IMG/VR virus record: IMGVR_UViG_3300046000_008568
Coordinates: 1-30,500 of that record
Length of the DNA stretch: 30,500 nucleotides
Reading direction: 5' to 3' (one strand)
Source: a virus
Taxonomy: Duplodnaviria > Heunggongvirae > Uroviricota > Caudoviricetes
In this document: positions 7,394 through 14,713 of the stretch, piece by piece
Layout: every line of letters starts with the position of its first letter
Numbering within the stretch: the stretch's first letter is position 1
Position numbers and translations under genes: made by a program
Notes under the pieces: generated by a model
The model's input: the letters and a program-made list of their open reading frames with translations, nothing else
What the model was told of the DNA's origin: nothing
Database searches by the model: none

Positions 7394-9886
7394 ATGGACA
7401 ATTTTGACTTAAAACGTTTTCTAATTGAAAATAAATTAACTCGCAACTCAATATTATTAAAAGAAAATATAAACATTGATAAACAGGGAAATCTTATATA
7501 TTCCTTAGAAGATGCAGGTATTGATTATAGTGATAGTTCTGAGATATTATTAACATGGGAAATTGATGAGATAAATCCAAATTTAATAAGAAAGTTTGAA
7601 TGGGATGATACTGAAGATACTATTCATACTTATATTGATGTTGATGAACTTAAAGATTTTATTAAAAATCCTGTAGAACTTATTAAAAAATTTGAAGCAC
7701 CTAATGGGTATGTTGTAGTAGATAAACAGGATGCACGTGATTTAATGGAATCATATTATGAAAACTTTGAGGATGAAATTGACCCTGAATTAAATGAAAA
7801 TCACTTAACTCGTAATTCACAATTAATAGATGAAGCTGTCCAAATAGCTACAGACTATCAATTTAGTCCTGAGCAATATGATGTATTAAAAAAGTTTGGA
7901 GCTAAACTTCATCTTAATGGTCGTGAACTTTTACTCCCAGCAAGAATATATGATGATTTAGAAAAACATGTTAGTAAATCTAATTTTAAACAGGAATTTT
8001 ACAAAACAGTAAAAAATATAGGAGGTGAATCTATAATTTCCCAAATATTAACGGCATTAAAATACTCATTATCTTCAGGGAATACAGCTAATGTAGAAGG
8101 TAAAACATATTACGTTTTACAAGGGAAATTAACTAGAAATGGAAATTTTAATTTTCCTAATCCTTCTAGAACTGGTGGAGCTATAGTTAAAACTAAATTT
8201 CAAGATATAGAACCAGAATCAGAACCAGAAGACATAGCAAATATATCTAAAAAATATAATAAATGGGATGTAGATGCTATAGAAAAAGAAGCTGCTAAAT
8301 ATACTAAAGCTTTTGAATTTGAAAAAGCTAACAGAAATGCCTATAGAGCTTATAGAAGAGCAGTTGACCAAGGTTTAATTCAAAACAAATTTGAAATAGA
8401 TATTAAATGGACTAAAGATGCTATAGAACAAGAAGCAGCTAAATATAACAAACCAAGTGAATTTCAAAAAGCAAATCCAAATGCTTATATAGCATACAGA
8501 AAAGCAGTCAACAAAGGTATTATCCCAAATAAATTTGAAGAACCTTTTAAGTGGACTATTGAAAAACTAGAACAAGAAGCAACCAAATATAATACATCTG
8601 GTGAATTTTCTAAAGCAAGTCCAAATGCTTATGTAGCATACAGAGCAGCAGTCAACAAAGGTATTATCCCAAATAAATTTGAAGAAAATGTTAAATGGAC
8701 TAAAGATACCCTAGAACAGGAAGCTGCTAAATACAATACAGCAGGTGAATTTTCTCAATTAAATCCAAATGCTTATGCAGCATACAGAACAGCAGTTAGA
8801 AAAGATATTATTCAAAACAAATTTGGAGAACGAAAGTATGATATAAAGTGGACCAAAGACGCTTTAGAACAAGAAGCATCTAAGCATAATAGACCAATTG
8901 ACTTTCGAAACTCAAATCCAAATGCTTATAGTTTATACCGAATAGCAGTTAGAAACGGCATAATTCAAGACAAATTTAAACAGAGTAAAACTACTTCTGC
9001 TGATCCTTCCACAACAACATCACAATCTACAAATCCAACTCAATCAAGTAATCTATATAATAATCCCTATTTTGGAAATACAACAACAACATTCGATAAA
9101 TTAAAAGAAAATAAAATGCAAGACTTTGACTTAAAACGTTTTCTAGTTGAAAACAAAATGACTAGAAACTCAAGACTACTAAATGAAAATCTTACCTACG
9201 AAACACTCCCACCAGAGGTAAAACAACGTTATGAAAATAATGGTAGAATAGGGGTTGCTTTTGTAAAAGCAAATGGAGCTGTACGACATATGTCATTTAG
9301 TAAAACACTTAAAGCATACCAACCAAGCACAGCTGCTAAAACAGATGCTCAAGCTAATTATCGTCAAAACAATAATTTATGGAGTGGGTATGATGTAAAT
9401 GAATTTATAAAAGCTAAAAAAGAAACGGGAGATGATGCTGCTGCTGCTAAACAAAGTTTTAGAAACTTTAAATTAGAAAATGTATTAGCTTTTTCTGCTG
9501 GTGGTAGAATATTTGATATGCGTGATTTAAATAACATTGTTGAAAGATTTGGTGAAGATGTAGCAGATCAATTAACCAAAACCATGATTCAATCCCTAGA
9601 AAGAGATTCAGCTGCTACTGAACCAACAGTAGATGAATCTCAATTAAATGAAAATATGTCTGATTTAGTAGTTACTTACTATAAAGATAAAGATAGTTAT
9701 GATGAAAAAGGTCTAGCTGATGGTTTTCATGAAGAAGAAGGAAAAAAAGTAAAATTCATTGTTGGGTATGATGATATGGATGAAATAGATGATATAGGAT
9801 ATATCTATTCAAAAAGTGGAAAGGATATTGAAACTGAATACACTGAAGATGATTTAGATAATACTTTTATGAATTCATTACAATAA
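7394..9886 (+). CDS. modular polyprotein-like protein with three leader copies, five helical repeats and a WYL_2/Sm-like domain
   Basis: 830 aa. Leader at 7394, 7790 (partial) and 9116, KW...EA.KY repeats at 8261-8977, and FVKANGAVR...YDV...SFRNFKLENV at about 9240-9490. Confidence 0.75.
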   Translation: MDNFDLKRFLIENKLTRNSILLKENINIDKQGNLIYSLEDAGIDYSDSSEILLTWEIDEINPNLIRKFEWDDTEDTIHTYIDVDELKDFIKNPVELIKKFEAPNGYVVVDKQDARDLMESYYENFEDEIDPELNENHLTRNSQLIDEAVQIATDYQFSPEQYDVLKKFGAKLHLNGRELLLPARIYDDLEKHVSKSNFKQEFYKTVKNIGGESIISQILTALKYSLSSGNTANVEGKTYYVLQGKLTRNGNFNFPNPSRTGGAIVKTKFQDIEPESEPEDIANISKKYNKWDVDAIEKEAAKYTKAFEFEKANRNAYRAYRRAVDQGLIQNKFEIDIKWTKDAIEQEAAKYNKPSEFQKANPNAYIAYRKAVNKGIIPNKFEEPFKWTIEKLEQEATKYNTSGEFSKASPNAYVAYRAAVNKGIIPNKFEENVKWTKDTLEQEAAKYNTAGEFSQLNPNAYAAYRTAVRKDIIQNKFGERKYDIKWTKDALEQEASKHNRPIDFRNSNPNAYSLYRIAVRNGIIQDKFKQSKTTSADPSTTTSQSTNPTQSSNLYNNPYFGNTTTTFDKLKENKMQDFDLKRFLVENKMTRNSRLLNENLTYETLPPEVKQRYENNGRIGVAFVKANGAVRHMSFSKTLKAYQPSTAAKTDAQANYRQNNNLWSGYDVNEFIKAKKETGDDAAAAKQSFRNFKLENVLAFSAGGRIFDMRDLNNIVERFGEDVADQLTKTMIQSLERDSAATEPTVDESQLNENMSDLVVTYYKDKDSYDEKGLADGFHEEEGKKVKFIVGYDDMDEIDDIGYIYSKSGKDIETEYTEDDLDNTFMNSLQ
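8261..8977 (+). repeat. five tandem 144-153 nt (48-51 aa) coding repeats
   Basis: Units start at 8261, 8405, 8549, 8693 and 8846. Consensus KWTKDAxEQEAAKYNxxxEFxKANPNAYxAYRxAVxKGIIxNKF. Confidence 0.95.
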
Positions 9887-9944
9887 ATCTATAAACATAC
9901 AGACTAGATTCATATCCTAGTCGCTCGTAAGAGATAAATTTTAG

Positions 9945-9983
9945 AGAGATGTGGCCTCAGTTTTTGAGACCACATCTTTTTTT
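9945..9983 (+). terminator. intrinsic terminator
   Basis: AGAGATGTGGCCTCA / TGAGACCACATCTTT stem (one mismatch, one G-U) running into T7. Confidence 0.8.
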
Positions 9984-9993
9984 CGTATATTTA
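9963..9993 (+). promoter_or_regulatory. Bacteroidota sigma-A-type promoter overlapping the terminator
   Basis: TTTG (9963-66), 19 nt, TATATTTA (9986-93), ending 20 nt before ATG 10014. Confidence 0.7.
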
Positions 9994-10013
9994 ACAGTTC
10001 AAAAATTATAAAC

Positions 10014-11342
10014 ATGAGTAAAAAAATAGTAATCGTTGGAGCCGGTGTAGCAGGTATTAATGCTGCTACAAAATTAGTAGATAATGGATATCCGGGTGAA
10101 TTAATTACCATTATTGATATGGGGAAAGATCCCCATAAACGATTACCAAGTGAAGTAATGACTGGTATGTTAGGTGCTGGTGGTTGGTCTGATGGTAAAT
10201 TAACATACCATACAGCCATTGGAGGTCAATTATCTAAGTACTGTGGTGAAGACAAAGCTATGGAGTTAATGGATCAAGTTATTACTAACTTTAAACGTTT
10301 TCACCCTAAACCTGAAGAAGTACAGTGTTCAAATCCTGTTGCTGAACCTGATTTTATTAAACCCCAATTTGGTTTACGTTTATTTCCTGTATGGCACGTT
10401 GGAACTGATTATCTATCTGAAATAGCTAAAAATTGGTATGAGTATTTAGTTGATAATGGAGTTAAATTTATTTGGGAAACTAAGGTAACCAATATTAATT
10501 TTGATGGAAATGCCTTGTTGTATGTAGATGATAATAATGGACCCGGGAATTCTGAATTAAAACCATTTTCATATGATGAACTTATTTTTGGTGTAGGTAA
10601 ATCAGGTATTGACTTTGGTAAAAAACTAGCCGAACAATATGATCTACCAACTGAACCAAAATCAGTACAAATTGGTGTTCGTTTTGAAGCACCACAAAAA
10701 CACTTCCAAAAATTAATCGATGTGTCCTATGACTTTAAGTTATATAGAAAATTTGATGATAAAGGAGTATCATTACGTTCATTCTGTACTAACAATAATG
10801 CAGCATACGTTGCAGTAGAAGAAACATACGGAAACTACTCATACAACGGCCATGCTAAGAAAGATGAGAAGTATAGAAACGATATGACTAACTTTGGTAT
10901 TATAATGGAAGTAAACGGAATCGAAGATCCATTTACTTGGAGTAGAAATTTAGTTAAAACATTACAAATTGGTAATAAAGGGTTATATTATTCTCCCTCT
11001 AGAGTACCTTCACTAACATCAGAAGGTAAATTCGTAGATGCAACTCAAATAAATGATGCTGTAATGCATGAAGTAAGAGAGGCATTTGAAGGTTATTTCA
11101 GTTACATTGATAGTTTTATTGATGGAATGAAAAAAATCTTCCCAACATTAAAAGACGATTGGGGTATGTACATACCTGAAGTAAAATATCTATCTCCTGA
11201 GCCACTTGTTGATTATACCAATTTAGCCCTGACCAAGTATCCTAACGTACATTTCGTTGGTGATGCACTTTCCGCTAGAGGTATAACAGTAAGTGGTGCA
11301 CAAGGAATCTACGTTGCCGAAGATATTTTGAAACATCAATAA
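10014..11342 (+). CDS. FAD/NAD(P)-dependent oxidoreductase (COG2509-like)
   Basis: Rossmann IVIVGAGVAG, GAGGWSDGKL, IGVRFE, RSFCTN, NGH, NFG and FVGD..RGI motifs. Start moved from GTG 9951, which lies in the terminator, to ATG 10014. Confidence 0.85.
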   Translation: MSKKIVIVGAGVAGINAATKLVDNGYPGELITIIDMGKDPHKRLPSEVMTGMLGAGGWSDGKLTYHTAIGGQLSKYCGEDKAMELMDQVITNFKRFHPKPEEVQCSNPVAEPDFIKPQFGLRLFPVWHVGTDYLSEIAKNWYEYLVDNGVKFIWETKVTNINFDGNALLYVDDNNGPGNSELKPFSYDELIFGVGKSGIDFGKKLAEQYDLPTEPKSVQIGVRFEAPQKHFQKLIDVSYDFKLYRKFDDKGVSLRSFCTNNNAAYVAVEETYGNYSYNGHAKKDEKYRNDMTNFGIIMEVNGIEDPFTWSRNLVKTLQIGNKGLYYSPSRVPSLTSEGKFVDATQINDAVMHEVREAFEGYFSYIDSFIDGMKKIFPTLKDDWGMYIPEVKYLSPEPLVDYTNLALTKYPNVHFVGDALSARGITVSGAQGIYVAEDILKHQ

Positions 11343-11357
11343 AAATTCGTATATTTA
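11327..11357 (+). promoter_or_regulatory. Bacteroidota sigma-A-type promoter
   Basis: TTTG (11327-30), 19 nt, TATATTTA (11350-57). TTCGTATATTTAAC is identical to 9982-9995. Confidence 0.7.
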
Positions 11358-11362
11358 ACTCT

Positions 11363-11632
11363 ATGGGAAGACGTAAAATAATAAAACCAGTCCAATCGGA
11401 AAACCCAAATAAATATACTCGTGTATATGAGGATGATGAAAGTATAACTACTTGGACTTTTAATTTAGATATATTCCCTAACGGACCTATATCGGTAGAT
11501 ATAAAACATAAAACAGAATTAAACAAACCCAAAAAAGATGGAAAAAAAATTAAAGACTCCGGACGGACAAACGTTGTATCTAACACAGACGAAACGCCTA
11601 GGACACGACGTTCAAGACAAAAACGATCCTAG
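11363..11632 (+). CDS. hypothetical protein
   Basis: 89 aa directly after the promoter. The basic tail overlaps the next ORF by 95 nt. Confidence 0.55.
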   Translation: MGRRKIIKPVQSENPNKYTRVYEDDESITTWTFNLDIFPNGPISVDIKHKTELNKPKKDGKKIKDSGRTNVVSNTDETPRTRRSRQKRS

Positions 11633-11816
11633 AGCCAACGAAAAAATTTGGGTACTACATAATACAGAAGGCCCAGCATTAATTAAAGCAGATGGTAAGA
11701 AAGAGTATTACTTCTGGGGAATATTCCAAGGTACTACTATAGAGGCAATTAGGGAATTAAAACGTAATCATACTGGTTTACCACCAGCAAAGAACCCTTT
11801 ATTTAAAACTAAATAA
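11538..11816 (+). CDS. hypothetical protein with one LH(R/N)xxGPA beta-repeat unit
   Basis: LHNTEGPALIKADGKKEYYFWG resembles the viral LHREDGPA repeat. TAATG-coupled to the next gene. Confidence 0.65.
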   Translation: MEKKLKTPDGQTLYLTQTKRLGHDVQDKNDPRANEKIWVLHNTEGPALIKADGKKEYYFWGIFQGTTIEAIRELKRNHTGLPPAKNPLFKTK

Positions 11817-12346
11817 TGAAAATAGGATTTGCAGGAACCATGAGTGTAGGAAAAACTACACTAGTAAAAGCATTAGCTGAATTACCTGAATTTAAGGATT
11901 ATTTTATTGCTACTGAACGCAGTAAATATTTACGTGATCTAGGCATTCCATTAAATACAGATTCATCTCTACCAGGACAAATTATATTTTTAGCAGAACG
12001 TGCGAGCGAGATTATGCGAGATAACGTACTAACTGATCGTACTATTTGGGATGTGTGTGCATTCACAGACAATGCAAAATCTATTGATGTATATGCGAAA
12101 TATCGCTATATAGAATTAGCAACATGTATGGGAGATCAATATGATATTGTATTTTATATATCTCCTGAAGGAATAGAAATCGAAGATAATGGCGTACGTG
12201 AGATTAATGCAGAATATAGAGATGTAATTGATGAAACTATTGTTGCTTTGATAAATAGATTTCCACCAAAACGATTAATTAACATTAAGGGTACAACAGA
12301 AGAGCGTATCGCGCTTGTGTTAGAAGCATTTTATAAATATTTATAA
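11816..12346 (+). CDS. P-loop kinase/ATPase, AAA_28 / NadR-type
   Basis: MKIGFAGTMSVGKTT Walker A, LTDRTIWD, YDIVFY and EDNGVR lid motif. Confidence 0.8.
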   Translation: MKIGFAGTMSVGKTTLVKALAELPEFKDYFIATERSKYLRDLGIPLNTDSSLPGQIIFLAERASEIMRDNVLTDRTIWDVCAFTDNAKSIDVYAKYRYIELATCMGDQYDIVFYISPEGIEIEDNGVREINAEYRDVIDETIVALINRFPPKRLINIKGTTEERIALVLEAFYKYL

Positions 12347-12367
12347 TAAATGTAAACTCAAATAATA

Positions 12368-13030
12368 ATGAAAATATCCGAATTAAAAGAAACTATTCGA
12401 GCTAAAGTACGCAAAAAACTTAGTGAAGCAACTATTGATGTTACTAACCCTGCTACAGAAACTCCTCAAACTAAAAAATCAAAAATAGATATAGCTAGAA
12501 GAATAACAGGAAATAAAAATCTTGGAACAGAAAAAGATCCAGTTGAATTTATTGAAGAAACCAATAAATTTACTGCGGATAGAATTAATAAAATGGGTCG
12601 TACCGAATTAATCGATTTTTTAGGTTTAACTAGAGAAGAAGCTAGAAACTGGTCGGATACTCAACTATTTGGAGCTGCTAGAGAATTAGCAGATGATATG
12701 AAAGAACCAGTAGATGAAGCAGATTATATTGATGATGACGATACTGTTCATGAAGGTGTAGATGATGATAATACTGATTTTAAAGACTACGATTCAATAT
12801 ATGAGGATATGGAAGATACTTCTCCAAATGTAGACAAATATAAATTAGGAGAAATAGAAAGAAATGATGAATTTAGAGCTAACGTTGGTTCTGGACATCG
12901 TGGAGTATCTGTTAAATCACACCCAATGGATCCTCGTTTAATAATAATATCTCAAGACAATGGACAAAGAGTTGTAGTTGAGGTTGAAGATATTAATAAT
13001 TTAATTAATGTCTTACAAGACTTAACATAA
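12368..13030 (+). CDS. acidic modular protein, candidate internal head protein
   Basis: Starts MKISELKETIRAKVRKKLSE and contains IEE, VDE, VHE and IYE sites. ATATTTAT lies at 12337-12344. Confidence 0.7.
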   Translation: MKISELKETIRAKVRKKLSEATIDVTNPATETPQTKKSKIDIARRITGNKNLGTEKDPVEFIEETNKFTADRINKMGRTELIDFLGLTREEARNWSDTQLFGAARELADDMKEPVDEADYIDDDDTVHEGVDDDNTDFKDYDSIYEDMEDTSPNVDKYKLGEIERNDEFRANVGSGHRGVSVKSHPMDPRLIIISQDNGQRVVVEVEDINNLINVLQDLT

Positions 13031-13056
13031 TTAAACACCCGTATAATAAGTTACAT

Positions 13057-13088
13057 AAAGGTCTGGCTCATTTTAAGTTAGGCCTTTT
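13057..13088 (+). terminator. terminator-like hairpin before terminase
   Basis: AAAGGTCTGGCT / AGTTAGGCCTTT stem with three G-U pairs and a short T run. Confidence 0.45.
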
Positions 13089-13113
13089 GTATATTTATAT
13101 ATAAAAATACTAC

Positions 13114-14697
13114 ATGAGTGAACAACAAAACATAAAAGAGATAATCAAACAGGAATACATTAAATGTATGACAGATCCTGCTCATTTTATGAAAAAATAT
13201 TGTATGATTCAACATCCAACAAGGGGAAGAATACAATTTAATTTATATCCGTTTCAAGAAAAGGTTTTATTTCAATTTCAAAAAAATAATTACAACGTTG
13301 TATTAAAATCTAGACAGTTAGGTATATCAACCCTAGTAGCTGGTTTTTCTTTATGGTTAATGTTATTTCAAAGTGATAAAAATATACTTTGTATAGCGAC
13401 AAAACAAGAAACAGCTAAAAACATGGTAACAAAAGTACGATTCATGTACGATAATTTACCATCTTGGTTAAAAGGAGCCGAGAAACCCTTGGAGAACAAC
13501 AAACTCTTACTTAAATTACCAAACGGATCTCAAGTTAAAGCAGTATCAGCAGCTGGGGATGCCGGTCGTTCAGAAGCCGTATCTTTACTTATAATAGATG
13601 AGGCCGCGTTCATTGATAGTATACATGAAATATTTGCTTCTGCTCAACAAACATTAGCAACGGGAGGAGGATGTATAGCATTATCTACTCCAAACGGAAC
13701 CGGAAACTGGTTTCACCAAACATGGCAAAAAGCAGAAATAGGATCCAATTCATTTGTTCCAATTAGGTTAAAATGGAATGTACATCCTGAACGAAATCAA
13801 GTATGGCGTGATCAACAAGATGCCGATTTAGGAATTAAAATGGCTGCTCAGGAATGTGATTGCGATTTTAATACTTCCGGAGATACAGTATTCGAAGCTG
13901 ATGTAATGCAATGGGTTGAAGCAAATATTGTAGAACCTGTTGAAAAGCGAGGAACCGATGGTAATCTATGGATTTGGGAACAACCAGATTATAATAAATC
14001 ATATTTAGTAACAGCAGACGTTGCACGAGGAGATGGAAAAGATTACTCAGCATGCCATGTTTTTGATCTTGAAACATCAACACAAGTAGCCGAATATAAA
14101 GGACAAATAGGAACTCGCGATTACGGACATTTATTAGTTGGTTTAGCAGCAGAATACAATGATGCTTTATTAGCAATTGAAAATGCAAATGTGGGTTGGG
14201 ATACTGTACAAACAGCAATCGATAGAGGATATAAAAACTTATATTACTCACCTAAAACAGAAGCATACACATCAGATCAATGGGCTAGACGATCAGAAAA
14301 TCTAGATAGTTTAGTAGCTGGTTTTACAACATCAGTTAAAACACGCCCTTTAATGATTGAAAAATTTAGAGAATATACTCATGAAAAAGCATGTGTTATT
14401 AAATCTAAACGTTTATTAGATGAAATGAAAGTGTTTATCTGGAAAAACGGTAAACCACAAGCCCAAGAAGGATACAATGACGACGCCGTAATGTCATTTA
14501 GTATGGGATTATATTTAAGAGATACAGCATTAAGATTTAGAAAATCTAATGTAGAATACGATAGAACAAATTTAATGAATATGACTATGGATAGAGGTAC
14601 CATGAATGCTATAAACGCACACGGGCAACAAATGGCTAATCCATGGGCTATACAAGCAGATCATGGTAAAGAAGATATTACCTGGTTATTAAGATAA
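13114..14697 (+). CDS. terL: terminase large subunit (T4 gp17-like)
   Basis: LYPFQ Q-motif, KSRQLGIST Walker A variant, LIIDEAAF Walker B, STPNG coupling motif and RNase H-fold nuclease ADVARGDGKDYS...NDD. Confidence 0.95.
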   Translation: MSEQQNIKEIIKQEYIKCMTDPAHFMKKYCMIQHPTRGRIQFNLYPFQEKVLFQFQKNNYNVVLKSRQLGISTLVAGFSLWLMLFQSDKNILCIATKQETAKNMVTKVRFMYDNLPSWLKGAEKPLENNKLLLKLPNGSQVKAVSAAGDAGRSEAVSLLIIDEAAFIDSIHEIFASAQQTLATGGGCIALSTPNGTGNWFHQTWQKAEIGSNSFVPIRLKWNVHPERNQVWRDQQDADLGIKMAAQECDCDFNTSGDTVFEADVMQWVEANIVEPVEKRGTDGNLWIWEQPDYNKSYLVTADVARGDGKDYSACHVFDLETSTQVAEYKGQIGTRDYGHLLVGLAAEYNDALLAIENANVGWDTVQTAIDRGYKNLYYSPKTEAYTSDQWARRSENLDSLVAGFTTSVKTRPLMIEKFREYTHEKACVIKSKRLLDEMKVFIWKNGKPQAQEGYNDDAVMSFSMGLYLRDTALRFRKSNVEYDRTNLMNMTMDRGTMNAINAHGQQMANPWAIQADHGKEDITWLLR

Positions 14698-14713
14698 AAA
14701 AATATTTATAAAC

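Noticed and set aside
8261-8977. CRISPR array or active homing endonuclease
   Set aside because: The repeats are in-frame, degenerate and lack unique spacers, and no nuclease catalytic motif is visible.
9887-9983. tRNA in the structured intergenic regions (also 21361-21464)
   Set aside because: No cloverleaf, T-loop (TTCRA) or acceptor stem could be built.
9951-10013. GTG start at 9951 for the oxidoreductase
   Set aside because: It lies in the terminator stem and upstream of the promoter. The Rossmann motif begins right after ATG 10014.
12331-12346. Perfect palindrome TTATAAATATTTATAA containing a forward T4 TATAAATA
   Set aside because: It is A/T only and explained by the ATATTTAT motif overlapping a gene end. 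Forward TATAAATA does not recur before the other structural genes.
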